The notes below the pieces were generated by a model. The model searched no databases. It was not told the DNA's origin and saw only the letters and a program-made list of their open reading frames with translations. Source: Octopus sinensis (lineage: Eukaryota). Taken from it: a stretch of DNA of 64,000 nucleotides. Position numbers and translations under genes: made by a program. This document shows positions 38,191-52,250 of this stretch, piece by piece (the first letter of the stretch is position 1; each line of letters starts with the position of its first letter). The stretch is taken from contig NC_042999.1 of assembly GCF_006345805.1 (NCBI RefSeq), positions 13,826,001 to 13,890,000 of the forward strand, written 5' to 3'.

Positions 38191-38509
38191 ATATATATAA
38201 CCTATATAGTAAATTTATAAATGGAGTTGATTGAGGTGTTTCTCTGTTGACTGAAAGAAATGAACAATGTGAATCATTTATCAAATCTTATTGGATTCTC
38301 ATCAGAGGAATTCTACATCAATTTGAAGACTCCCAGAGAAACAAGCAGCCAATCTGTTTAATCCAAGGTGTGTCATTACCAGGCATATCTGTCTATGTAT
38401 TCCAGTAATCAAGTGTATACAGGTAGAGGCTTTACTTTGAATGAGGAAAATTATACATACAGGGTTGGCCAAGTCACCTGATAGTAAATCAAAATTCCAT
38501 AATCGTAGC

Positions 38510-38990
38510 TGTGGCCAGTGCCCCCTGACTGGCTCCCTCTTTGGTGGCACATAAAAAGCTCCATCTGAACATGGCTGATGCCAGTACTCCCTGACTGGCT
38601 CCCGTGCCAATGGAATGTAAAAAGCACTATCCGAACATGATCAATGCCAGGACTGCCTGACTAGCCCCCATGCCAGTGGCACGTAAAAAGCACCATGTGA
38701 ACGTGGGCGATGCCGGTACTCCAACTGGAACCTGTGCCGGTTGCATGTAAAAAGTACTATAAACACTATCCAAATGTGGTCAATGCCAGGACCACCTGAC
38801 TGGCCCTCGTGCTGGTGGCATATAAAAAGCACCCATTACACTCAGAGTGGTTGGCATTAGCAAGGGCATCCAGCTGTAGAAACATTGCCAGATGAGATTG
38901 GTGCCTAGTGCAGATGCTGGTTCTGCAGGCCTCAGTCAAACCGTCCCACCCATGCCAGCATCGAAAACGGTTAAATGATGATGATGATGA
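38510..38990 (+). mobile_element. Diverged RTE 3' fragment with multiple hairpin units
   Basis: Repeated ggcacgtaaaaagcacc units and a (GAT)n tail. Confidence 0.8.
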
Positions 38991-39319
38991 TAACTATCTG
39001 TAATTTTGTATTGAACCGAATGGGAAAATGTGTTGCACAAGATAGACTTAAGTTTGAACAATTTTCATGATGTTTCATATTTAGATTCTTTTATTAAATT
39101 CATTCAGTTGATAAACACAAATGAATCTTGGAATTAAATGGTTTTGATTGACTGTCAGGTGACTTTTGGCCAACCTTGTATAATTTGAGATTCATTATGT
39201 ATTTTAATATTTGTTGATTAAGTATACAAAAGAAACAAAAATAAATTTGTGGTATCATTTTAATTCTGCGTTACATAAGTTCCATTACACATGCAACACT
39301 AAATTAAAGTGGTACCATA

Positions 39320-39485
39320 CAAGGGGTTGCTGATAAGTTCCAAACTTTAAGGGTATCGCAAAAGGCCCGGTTGGAGGGCCAACCTTCCAAGATCTTTTAA
39401 AATGCTTAGAAAAACTGAAGGACCACTGCAATGTGTAAATCTGAGAGGGGAATATGTTGAATAAAATCAGAATTAACTGATCCTC
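39320..39485 (+). mobile_element. Possible mariner-derived fragment
   Basis: A TIR-like tacaaggggttgctgataagttcc and a transposase-end-like LRGEYVE*. Confidence 0.4.
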
Positions 39486-40099
39486 AAGAGTAGATATATA
39501 TATTTCATACATATATATATTAATAATGAGTTTGGAGACTTGTACATCCACAATATTTATTTTATAGCTACATACAGTATATTACAATGGCTCAAGGTAC
39601 CAGCAACTCGGGCAGACACCCGCGGCACCATGTGATTTGATTTTTAGTCTACATTTTCAGTTTTTTACCTTGTGAAAGTTTGAAAAAATTATACTTGTAA
39701 GGGTGCCAAAGTTCAGCTTGCCCAGAGCACCAGAAACCCTAAGGCAGGCCCTGAATGACCTATATGTGTTTCCAGAGCAGCAATTGCACATTGTTGCAAA
39801 TGCATCCTTGCAGTGGAAACACATGTAGGTCATTGTAATGTGCTGTATATAGGTATAAAAGGAATATTATGGAAGTCTCCTTACTCATTATTATTATTAA
39901 TATTATTATATACTCTAAGGAACTTTTAGAGTCTTAGGTAGGACACATGGAATTACCAACGGAATTACCCAACTTATCATCAGACTCTAAGATTTGTTGG
40001 CTTATGGCCAACAAGTCTTAGGGTCTGATGATATGCCTGGCAAGAAACCCTGGATAACCCTATAAACAGGCCTTCACCAGTAATAAATATATATTCAAG

Positions 40100-40320
40100 C
40101 GAGGTCGTTACCAGTACCACCTGACTGGCCCCCATGCCGGTGGCACGTAAAAGCATCCACTACACTCTCGGAGTGGTTGGCGTTAGGACGGGCATCCAGC
40201 TGTAGAAACTCTGCCAGATCAGATTGGAGCCTGGTGCAGCCATCAGGTTCGCCAGTCCTCGATCAAATCGTCCAACCCATGCTAGCATAGAAAGCAGACG
40301 TTAAACGACAATGATGATGA
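40100..40320 (+). mobile_element. RTE 3' fragment
   Basis: Shared 3' end with tail. Confidence 0.85.
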
Positions 40321-40336
40321 TATATATATATATATG

Positions 40337-40690
40337 TGAAGGCGCGTGGCTCCGTGGTTAGAGCGTCGAGCTTACGATCGTGAGGTTGTGAGCTCGAATC
40401 CCGGACCGGGCTGCGTGTTGTGTTCTTGAGCAAGACACTTTATTTCACGTTGCTCCAGTTCACTCAGCTGTAGAAATGAGTTGCGACGTCACAGGTGCCA
40501 AGCTGTATCGGCCCTTGCCTTTCCCTTGGACAACATCGGTGACGTGGAGAGGGGAGACCGGTATGCATGGGCGACTGCTGGTCTTCCATAAAAAAAAAAA
40601 AAAAAAAAACAACCTTGCCCAGACTTGTGCCTCAGAGGGTAACTCTCTAGGTGCAAACCCATGGTCAGTGTCTGACCGAAGGGGGGTCAA
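40337..40690 (+). mobile_element. tRNA-derived SINE family D
   Basis: Head ggcgcgtggctccgtggttagagcgtcg..ctcgaatccc, followed by cttgagcaagacact..ctcagctgtagaaatgag. Confidence 0.75.
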
Positions 40691-40696
40691 AGAATA

Positions 40697-40774
<78 letters not shown>

Positions 40775-40815
40775 ATATATATATATATAATACAAATAAC
40801 CCCTAACTTAATTTG

Positions 40816-40857
<42 letters not shown>

Positions 40858-41069
40858 CCCCTTACCATTTAAAGCAGCCATATCCGGCCAAATTATTCTA
40901 GGTGTATTATGCTCAAATTGGCCAAGTATGGTCTTTCACACCAACCCTACAATGTCATTCTAACAAAAATGAAATATGAAAGCTACAAGATAATGCATGA
41001 TTAATTCAAAACAATGCAAACAAATAAACATTGCTTTTGACAGAATAATCTAAGTGTTAAAGGGATATG

Positions 41070-41770
41070 TGTGTGTGTATATACACATACACACACATAC
41101 ATACATATATATATACACACATACATACATACATATATATATATATATACACACATACATATATATATATATATACACACATACATACATATATATATAC
41201 ACACATACATATATATATACACGCATACATACATATATATATATATATATACACACATACATACATATATATATATATACACACATACATACATATATAT
41301 ATACACACATACATACATATATATATACACGCATACATACATATATATATATATATACACACATACATACATATATATATATATATACACACATACATAC
41401 ATATATATATATATACACACATACATACATATATATATACACACATACATACATATATATATATACAGATACATACATATATATATATACACACACATAC
41501 ATACATATACACATACATACATATACACATACATACATATATGCAACATACATATATATATACACACATATATACACATACATGCATACATACATACACA
41601 TACATGCATACATACATACACATATATATATACACACACACATACACATATATATACACACATACATACACACATAAATATACACACACATACATACACA
41701 CATATATATATATACATACACATACATATATACGCACACACATACATATATATGCACACACACACATACA
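41070..41770. repeat. Compound (TA)/(CA)/(TACA) microsatellite
   Basis: Directly visible. Similar tracts occur at 370-520, 34025-34410, 43925-44160 (AGAT/AGAC) and 44690-45440. ORFs over these tracts are artefacts. Confidence 0.97.
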
Positions 41771-41914
41771 TATTACTTTAAAACAAGAATGTTGTTGACA
41801 GTGATTTCGAAGTTTTGGCAGCTAAGCCATCATTGAACTGCAATGCACTTGAGTTAGTGTCTGCTGAGTAAAAATCATCTTTGGATGTCTTAAGTTGACT
41901 AGGGTATATATGCA

Positions 41915-41955
<41 letters not shown>

Positions 41956-42113
41956 AATGAAATAGGGGTTGAAAATTCAACCCACCATGGGATAACATAT
42001 ATCCAGTATAATGCCTTTACTGTTATGTAATGGTGTAATAAAGTATTGATTGGGTATCATCTGTTGGTTGATGTTTGATTGATATAAGTATGTTTCTCCA
42101 TTTTCTAATTTTG

Positions 42114-42154
<41 letters not shown>

Positions 42155-42495
42155 TATATACCCCACGCAAACCCATACACTCATTATGTCCATAATGAAT
42201 TGACACCAGTACATAATTGTTACTCATTTATATTCTGTTCACCAAACTTGGAATCTGCCACTTTGGAAATACTATAGAAAGTATCTTTATAAAAGTACAT
42301 GGCCTGAATTACCAAGAATGGATGTCTTCACTTAGCTGGACTACATTGTCTGCACACATGGCAGGAATATTGAGTACAAACACCCCTACACAGATATCTG
42401 AATATTCAATATTCAATTATTATTGTTTGGGTGACCAGATTATACTGACCTAGTAAGGTGCCTCAATTTAAGCACCTAATTCAACTTAATCTTAA

Positions 42496-42890
42496 TCTCT
42501 CTATATATAAAGCTGAAGTTGTCTGTGTATGGCGGGTTTGGTAGCCTTCAACTATCACTATCTCCTCCAAGACCCTGCAGCGCAAGTTGACCAAAATTGA
42601 GAGTATGATAGAAGAAGGCTTGCTCTTCCTTCCGTAGAAGAAAAAATTCAAATCGGACCATGATAACACCAAAAATTATTTATATCAAAAAGGTGCTTCT
42701 TTTTCTATGAAAATCCCTATTTTTTAACGATTTTTTTACTGCTGTGTCGCCATTTTTCGGTGTATTTCAACCAGAAAAAATGTTCACTTAAAGAGAATAA
42801 CAAGCTACATAATGCAAAATTTTTACTTTTCAAAAATTCCAATTCTAAAGGGTCGAAACAAACCCGAGCAACACCGGGCGATACTGCTAG
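42496..42890 (+). mobile_element. Non-autonomous Helitron family H1
   Basis: Starts TCTCTATATATAAAG and ends with a subterminal hairpin cccgagcaacaccggg, then CTAG|T. Other copies: 6925-7319 (+) and 10413-10765 (-). Confidence 0.75.
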
Positions 42891-43978
42891 TTTTGTATAT
42901 ATTACACATATATACATGCATACATACATGCACAATAGTCTTCTTTCAGTTTCTGCATACCAAATTTCCTGAGAAGCCTAAAAGTCAGTTCATGGCTATA
43001 GTACCAAACACTTGTTTAGTGTTACTCGGCCACACATCGGGACTAAACACCAAAGAATTCATGTGGTTGATAAACAGAACTTCCTGCCCATGCTTGTATG
43101 GATTGATACAAGTATACATACATACACAAATAGACTTGTGTGTGTGTATCTATATTCGATGGTGATGTGGCTGTGTGGTAAGTAGCTTGCTTACCAACCA
43201 CATGGTTCCGGGTTCATTCCCACTGCATGGCACCTTGGGCAATTGTCTTCTACTATAGCCTCGGGTCGACCAAAGCCTTGTGAGTGGATTTGGTAGAGAG
43301 AAACTGGAAGAAGCCCGTCGTATATATGTATATGTATATGTATGTATATGTTTGTGTGTCTGTGTTTGGCCCCCCACCATTGCTTGACAACCGATGGTGG
43401 TGTGTTTACGTCCCATAACTTAGCAGCTAGGCAAAAGAGTCCAATAGAATAAGTACAAGGCTTACAAAGAATAAGTCCTGGGGTCGATTTACTCGACTAA
43501 AAGGTGGTGCTCCAGCATGGCCGCAGTCAAATGACTGAAACAAGTAAAAGAGTAAAGAGTAAGAGTATATATGTAAATGCTATCCCAAATAAACTTGCAC
43601 TTCATCTTTGAAGCTGCAAGGAAGCTATAAGGTGATGCACGGACATTCAGCTCTGAGTGCACTGCATCTTATAGCAGAAACAACTGTAAGCTGATGAGGT
43701 TCATTGCATTATTTTTAATTTCATAAATATCATATAAACCCACATGTGTATATGCAAACGTGAGGGTAAACAACCATGTCTGCAGACACATTATATACAC
43801 ATGTGTACAGATATACACATGATACACTTACATATACAAGCATATATATACATACAAAGAATAGACACACATACAAAGAATATACACACATGCATATCTA
43901 ATCTATCTAGAGAGAGAGAGAAAGATAGGCAGATAGACAGGTAGATAGACAGGCAGATAGACAGGTAGATAGACAGGC

Positions 43979-44028
<50 letters not shown>

Positions 44029-44704
44029 ACAGATAGACAGACAGATAGATAGAAAGAAAGACAGACAGACAGATAGATAGAAAGACAGATAGATAGAAAG
44101 ACAGGAAGACATATAGACAGACAGACAGACAGACAGACAGATAGATAGACAGACAGATAGGTTTCTTTATTGGCCACGCAGCGCAGGGTTAAACACAGAA
44201 GGGACAAAATACAAAGTAGAGCTTTTCTTTTTGAGTAGAAGAGAAGGGGAAAAAAGAGGGGCCAATTCCGATCAAAAGGGATCGTGAAAAAAAGATAGAT
44301 AGATGCGTGTATTCAAGTGTATTGAAGTGTGAGTGTCTAAGTGTGTACTACAATATTCTATATAATGATTTGAAAGCTGAGATATACATCATGCTATACA
44401 CACATCCATTTATACAAGATTTACGTGTTTGACTTATACATACACGCCTGTGTGTATAATATAGGTCTTTTTTTATCGTTTTAATTTTTTCAATTGTGTT
44501 TTCTGTTTTGTTCAATTTTCTAATTTAAATTTGTAAAAATTTACATATAAATCATTTTTAGCATGAAAAAATAAATATTCATGTATGTATACATATCTAT
44601 GCACAGATGCTTGTATATGCGTGTTTGTAAACAACGTACACATATGTACATATACAGACACACACATATATACACAGACAATTATATACACTCAATCATA
44701 TATT

Positions 44705-44738
<34 letters not shown>

Positions 44739-45692
44739 TATATAGACACACACACACACATACATATATAAACACACACATACACACAAACATATATATA
44801 CATACACATACACATATATATATACATACATATATATATATATACACACATATATATATACATACACACACACATATATATATATACATACACACACATA
44901 CATATATACATACACACATACATACACGCATATATATATACACACACATATATATACACACACACATATATACACACACACATATATGTACATACACACA
45001 TATATATATATACACCACACATATATACACACACATATATATACATACACACCACATATATATACACACACACACATATATATATACACATATATATACA
45101 TACACACCACATATATATATATACATACACACACATATATATACATACACACATACATACACGCATATATATATACACACACATATATATACACACACAC
45201 ACACATATATATACACACACACATATATGTACATACACACATATATACACATACACACATATATACACACACACACACATATATACATACACACACATAT
45301 ATATACACACACACATATATATATATACACATATATATACATACACACACACATATATATACATACACCACACACACACATATATATACACATACATACA
45401 CACACATATATATATACACACATACATACACACACACATATTTATAATTTATATCCAGTCACCAACTTTAGCGTACACATACAAACACATTAATACATAC
45501 ACACACACACAGGCATTCCAATATTTATTCGAGCATTTTCTTGAGTACAAACATGGAAAATATTTCCCCACCCCCCTCTTCAAAACTTTTTGGTAGATTC
45601 CTTTGCCTAACTTTCTTTTCCCACTCAAGACGTAGTAACCCTACTACGTGTAGGTGGGTGTGTGAAGTTCTACACAAAACTATTTTAACATG

Positions 45693-46942
45693 AAACTGAT
45701 GAAAATGCTCAATACTCATTTATTAGTCTGTTTCAAAGAAATACTGAGTCACTTCGAAGTTTCGGTTTGGCTGCCTTGATCTGTGTGTGTGTGTGTGTTT
45801 GTATGTATATGTGATGATGGGCAATCTTTCGTCTCTAGTAGACCTTTCCGTCGATTTCCGTAAAAAAAATTTTTTTTTTTTACATATGGGCTTGCGGGAA
45901 CTTTTGAAGTAACGAGAGCGAAAGAGACTAAGAGAAAGCGATTGTATGACGAGGGAAGTTCTTTTGAAGTTACCGTCCAGGGGAAGCATTGATGTACATG
46001 TGTGTGTGTGTGTGTTTGATGGGGTGTGGGAGACAGACAGTATGTTGTGTAATCGACGGAAAGGTCTACTAGAGACGAAAGATCGCCTATGTGATGTATA
46101 TATGTGAGTATATAGATGTATATGTGAGTATATATATATGTATGTGAAAGATGTTTCGTTCTTTGAAAACAAGGTGTGTATTAATAAAACAATTCTAATT
46201 ATCGCAAACGAATGAAGTTAATTAGAAAAGTTATAACGACTAACTAAAGAATTATTAATTATTTTAACATTAAACTGATGAAATGCTCAATACTCATTTA
46301 TTAGTCTGTTTCAAAGAAATACTGAGCCACTTCAAAGTTTCGGTTTGGCTGCCTTGATCTGTGTGTGTGTGTGTGTGTGTTTGATGGGGTGTGGGAGACA
46401 GACAGTATGTTGTGTAATCGACGGAAAGGTCTACTAGAGACGAAAGATCGCCTATGTGATGTATATATGTGAGTATATAGATGTATATGTGAGTATATAT
46501 ATATATGTATGTGAAAGATGTTTCGTTCTTTGAAAACAAGGCGTGTATTAATAAAACAATTCTAATTATCGCAAACGAATGAAGTTAATTAGAAAAGTTA
46601 TAACGACTAACTAAAGAATTATTAATTATTTTAACATTAAACTGATGAAATGCTCAATACTCATTTATTAGTCTGTTTCAAAGAAATACTGAGCCACTTC
46701 AAAGTTTCGGTTTGGCTGCCTTGATCTGTGTGTGTGTGTGTGTGTGTGTTTGTATGTGTGTATGTATATGTGATGTATATATGTGAGTATATAGATGTAT
46801 ATGTGAGTATATATATATGTATGTGAAAGATGTTTCGTTCTTTGAAAACAAGGTGCGTATTAATAAAACAATTCTAATTATCGCAAACGAATGAAGTTAA
46901 TTAGAAAAGTTATACCGAATAACTAAAGAATTATTAATTAAA
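45693..46942. repeat. Three tandem copies of a ~300-bp intronic unit next to the PDE donor
   Basis: Units start at 45693, 46272 and 46639 and differ in MITE C content. Confidence 0.9.
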
Positions 46943-46964
46943 ACTAATAAAAACAACATCTTAC

Positions 46965-47729
46965 CTGATAAGCATCCGGAATATTAAGACGTTCTCCGGT
47001 TTTGGCAACGTATCCAATAATCCCTGTGCCCCATTCTATGCGAATTTCTTCCATGCTGTTCCGGCATTGTTCATAGTTACTACTCGAACTGACATCAAAG
47101 AGTTTCGAAACTAGCATTTTCTCACCTGCATAGTTATACTGAACAAGGAAAAGAGAACAGCAATCGGCATTGAGTAGAATACAGACATTCTGAAGAATCT
47201 TAAAACATAAACAGGTCACATCAAGTTCTTCAGAGGCGTCTTTGACTAATTCATACATGAGTTCTTTTTCGTCTAATGCCTGAAGTTCACTCCGAGAACG
47301 TCTCCGAAGTTTTGTTTGCGGTTGACAAACCGATTGATTTGTATTAGAGTAAGGAGCCAAAAACGTCGGAGTTCCATCAACAGTAGAGACCATAGGATTT
47401 AATAAACTACCACGATCCAATTCCTGCGTAGAAATTTTTCTTACCGGTGTGTTAGACCCCGAGTTAGATCTCGAACCTGTAGGGTTCTCGGACTGACCAG
47501 CACTCCAAGAGCTCTCAGATTGTTGAAATAGCCACTCGTCAACCGTCTGTCTTTGAGCTTTCCGGACGAAATAATTGTGGCAGAATTGTGGATGTGCATC
47601 GAGCCATCGCTCCATACGTTCATATTCTTCCTTTTCAGATATGTTACCATCGTTTTGAGAAGGTAGTCTGTTCTCATCTTCAGCCGATTGAAGTTCAGAG
47701 CTATGATAGGGATAGTGGTGACTTGACAT
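46965..47729 (-). CDS. Pde11: First coding exon of a GAF-domain cGMP/cAMP phosphodiesterase (PDE11/PDE5 family), N-terminus plus most of GAF-A
   Basis: The ORF reads MSSHHY...ERWLDAHPQFCHNYFVRKA...TPVRKISTQELDRG...ELVKDASEELDVTCLCFKILQNVCILLNADCCSLFLV...LVSKLFDV...IEWGTGIIGYVAKTGERLNIPDAYQ. These motifs match PDE5/PDE11 N-terminal and GAF-A sequences. The exon ends at a phase-0 donor CAG|GTAAGA (GT at 46964-46963). The first in-frame ATG after the in-frame stop at 47813-47811 is at 47729. PDE11 versus PDE5 orthology cannot be settled by eye. Confidence 0.93.
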
Positions 47730-47942
47730 GCCGATGCGATAGAAACCTTTATAAAGAGTTCCTCTTAATGCCAAGTTTTTTTTATATGGCAGCAGCTTGG
47801 AATTCCAACGTTACATACAATTAGGTGAGGTTCAATTGGCACCAGTTAGTTTTGTTTCTTTGGTCAATAAGATCCGTTTTTGTGTTGTTTTGCCTCGATT
47901 TTTTTTTTCTTCTTAATTTATTAGGTCACTTAAAAGTTTGGT
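47730..47942 (-). other. Probable 5' UTR part of the PDE exon with a strong splice acceptor
   Basis: The minus strand has a long polypyrimidine tract ending tttttacAG|ac (AG at 47944-47943). An in-frame stop lies before the ATG, so this segment is non-coding. Confidence 0.6.
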
Positions 47943-50700
47943 CTGTAAAAAGTAGGAAGGAAAAGGGATAGAGAGAAGAATAAAAGTCTGAAGTGGAAGT
48001 CTAAGATAATTATCAATGATGGTATTTTCAGAAGGCGCGAAACAGAAAGAAAAAAAAAACTATAGATAGAGAACGAACACAAATCGAACTCTATCAGCAG
48101 TCAGTGTGATCATATAAAGAATGTAATGATGAAGTATTGGCAACTGGGAATATATAGTGGAAACTACAACTGTTTATAGCTTGGATTAAACGACCTTCAT
48201 AACTGGAACTATGGATTTATAACATACTATGTATGTTTACTGGTGTAATAAAACGAATATCTATAGAAAAACATGATAGTTACATTTTAAATTCTAAAGT
48301 AAGATATAGAAAAAAATGATAGAAGAACAAAGGAAATGAATGGATGAAAAGCCAACTGAACTACATTATAATTAAATATAAACGGCCGTAATTAATAATT
48401 TATAATATTAAAAGGGTGTCGATGATAACTTTTAAGCTAGAATCTTTGAGCACCTTTTTCCTTTTATTTTGTTATTATTAAGCCACGTGCAAACATGTAT
48501 ACAATCCATCGTCAATAGATGTGAACGAATAAATAAAAAGATAACAAGAGTGGAGCTTACTGATAATTCTAACAAGGACAGTACGAGTAAACTGATAGGT
48601 GGATTGAAATAGATAAATAATTATATTACGGGTGGTAGTCCTGTGTGGTAGAATTGCTTCTGAAAAGATTATTTCGAAGTCGAAGGAATGAGTTGTAAAC
48701 CTTTGGGGTTTGAAAGAAACAGTGAACAATTCATAGCTGTGAGATTTAAAAACAATTATGTCGACTGTAGTTTGTAGATATAGAAGTAACAGTACAGTTC
48801 ACATCTAGTGGGAGGGAGAGAGAGAGAGAATATAAAAGTTGGTATAATGACAGTAAACCGGCAATATAACAGAAGATAGTTGTTGCGAAGAGAGAGAGAG
48901 AGAGAGAGAGAGACAGGCTGACAGATGGAAAATGAGGAAGAAAGAAGCGAGGATGGATGGATGGATGAGAAATAGTTTCAAACGTTATGAGAAAAATGTA
49001 TATAACTAACAAAGTATGAGGAAATCAATACATTTTTATGGAAAAGGTGAGGCTAAGAGGAGAAAAAGGGGGGATGATAGCCTCAGGATACGTTTCCACT
49101 TCTTAAAAAAACGAGAAGTGTGAACGTAAGTCAGTTGGAATTTTCGAAAAATTTATCACGTTCACACGAACAAGTTTGAAGCATTCACTGGAAATAACTT
49201 TGATAACTTGTAATTTTATAAGTAAATTAAGGACACTAATGTTAAACTTTTAAATAAGAACTTATGCAAAAAAATTTTTTAATATATATTTCCATATATA
49301 CGTGTATTTATCGATGTTCTGTATGTATATGATTAGTGAATGTAACTAAGATAAACTGAATAGGTCGTAGGAGTTTAAGAATACGTTTATGTAATTCAAA
49401 GAGTTTATAAAAGCCAGCACCAACGGAATAATGGTATATAAGAGTCGTTGAAGTAGGTAAATCGTTTTAAACATGGTCAGAATTACTAAGTGACGCGCGG
49501 AAAAAAGTTACAAAACAAAGAGAAGTGTTAGCTACAGGTTTTGAAGAATCTATTTTAAATAATAATAAATAAATTGCATAACAGCTACGATGTCATAATT
49601 ACAAATCAAATTGTGAAATGAAGTTTGTTTAAATATAACACTGATACCGGCCGACTTTGTTGTTGAACTTAGAAAAGTATCTATTTTCTTTTGCCATGGT
49701 TTGTAATTAATTTCCTTCCATTCGGTAAACAGGAAATTTTGAATTTGTAGTTGGAGTCATCAGGCATAATTTTAGAATATTTTATATGTTAGTATATGAA
49801 ATACAGATGATATATAAACACATATAGAAATAAACACAGAAGGAGAGAGTGAGAGCGGGCAATTAGAGCTAGTTGTGTGTATGTGTGTTAATTTATCTAC
49901 ATATATTAATATATTGTGAAAAAAAGACAGTTCACGTAAACAGATAGGTTGAAGTATGATCAACTTTGAATGTATGTCCCTAGATTATTTATTTCCTTGG
50001 TTTGTAATTCACTTGGTAACAGTTGGTAAAAGTAGTAGACGTACAGCTTTTATCCAAATAAAAATGAGACGCAAAAAATAAACAAAGTAAAAACTTTTTT
50101 CTTCTTTTTTTCCCCAAATAAAAACAATACAAGTACGTCATACAAGTATTATAAGTCAACGTTCATTCACGAAATTCTGCCAAGCAGCACATAGCTTCAC
50201 TGGAACGGAATGACATACATATCGATATATACACACACATACGCATGTATATGTATGTACATTACATACATTATATATACATTATATTATTACTATTATA
50301 TATATATATATATGTGTATATATATTTTTCCTTTTAACAAATTACATAGTGGTCGTGGCTAGAGAGGAGCACAAATTTAAACAAAAGCAGTTAAACGAAG
50401 GGCAACTGTGCAAATGACACGATCTGGTATGGTAAATATACAAGAGTGAGAATATAGTTTGACATTGGGCTTTTCCATTCCGAATAGCGGTAATTCCTAA
50501 ACTGGTGTTCCGAAAAAAAAAAAAAAATCACATTAAAACTGCTTTAATTGCTCCGATGTGATTAGCTGCCAACGGGCACGTGACATTTCGTGTATCCATA
50601 ATGAGCATGTCGGTAATTCGGGGAGGCCAATAGACGTGTGTGTGTGTAGACGCACATTCAGACACACACATATGTAAATAGACATATTTATGTGCATATA

Positions 50701-50735
<35 letters not shown>

Positions 50736-50865
50736 GCGGGTGTATGTATGAATATGTATGTGTGTGTGTGTATATATAATTACATATATATATATATATG
50801 TATGTCTGTAATTATATATATATTTGTTTGAGTATATATGTGTGTGTATGTAATTATATATATAT

Positions 50866-51330
50866 AGGAATTTCAACCGTGTTTCGTGGTCTGCTACCCC
50901 AACAGCTCCTTTATAGGATCCAGTTAGCGCAAGACATCATATATGTATGTATTGTGTATATATATTTGTATACATATATATATGTGTGTGTATGTAATTA
51001 TATATATATGAGTGTGTGTCTGTATTTATATATATATAGGAATTTCAACCGTGTTTCGTGGTCTGCTACCCCAACAGCTCCTTTATAGGATCAGTTAGCG
51101 CAAGACATCAATATGTATGTATTGTGTATATTATTTGTATATATATATATGTATGTCTGTAATTATATATATATGAGTGTGTGTCTGTATTTATATATAT
51201 ATAGGAATTTCAACCGTGTTTCGTGGTCTGCTACCCCAACAGCTCCTTTATAGGATCCAGTTAGCGCAAGACATCATATATGTATGTATTGTGTATATAT
51301 ATTTGTATACATATATATATGTGTGTGTGT
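50866..51330. repeat. Tandem triplication of ~170 bp
   Basis: The core ggaatttcaaccgtgtttcgtggtc...gcgcaagacatca is repeated 3 times with (TA/TG)n spacers. A dispersed homolog lies at 8243-8320. Confidence 0.9.
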
Positions 51331-52052
51331 GTACATGATCAACATGTAATATCTACTCCTAACAGTTTATACATACATACATAAATATAGATATATATAT
51401 ATATGTGTGTGTGTGCATTTGTGTATATGTGTATATTTATATGTGCGTGTGATGTATTGTATATATACGTGTGTGTGTATGCACACACAAATATACGCAC
51501 ATTGAATGTACAACAAAATATATATATATATAACCATATATAAATACACATGTATACATATAAACATACATAACACACACGCTTTCTCTACCTCTCTCGC
51601 TCTCTCTTTCTCACGCGCACGTATGAGTGTGTATGTATACCTATATATATATATTGTTTACTTTATGCATAAATTATATATATATATATATATATATAAT
51701 TTCATAGTTTCACATTTGTGTTTTATTTTTACAAGGAAAAGGTTTGACAGTTTCTTTGAAGTTCTTTCGACGACAAAATCATTTTCTTTATTTTTTTTAT
51801 TTATTTTCTTTAACGAGTTAAGGTAAACGTTTATTTACATGAAAGAAAATTACCGAAGAACTTTCATCTAATTCTTCCAAATCTTTCTCTTAAAACTGCC
51901 TTGAAACCATTTGTAGGGAATATTTTCTCTTTTTTTATCGGACTACAAGTCCGATAAAACACACACACAAACGGTTATATAATGATATAACTACATATGT
52001 TGTAGACTAAATGTGTTGTGTTTGTGGGTATGTATAAGACTATTTTACTCAC

Positions 52053-52250
52053 CTCTCTTATTTTGTACAATACTCATACATTCTAGTTCTCACCCTCTTT
52101 CTTTCACTTATCCCACATTCTGTTTCACTTCTTTCTCACTGACACATACAAACACAACCACACACGCACACGTATATATTCACATATACACTCAATCTGT
52201 CTGTGTCTTCTTTCCTCACTCTATCTCTTCCTCTCTCTTTCTCTTGCTCT
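52053..52250 (-). other. Candidate upstream non-coding exon of the PDE gene
   Basis: A consensus donor GAG|GTGAGT lies on the minus strand at 52053/52052 in a TE-free zone. A second donor-like CGA|GTGAGT is at 52505/52504. There is no transcript evidence, and the 5' boundary is a guess. Confidence 0.25.

Noticed and set aside
41001-41798. Long ORFs of 200-300 aa (also at 33978-34541, 44585-45493, 15418-16235)
   Set aside because: These are translations of microsatellites and minisatellites (YIHT/CVYI/LSLF repeats) with no protein signal.
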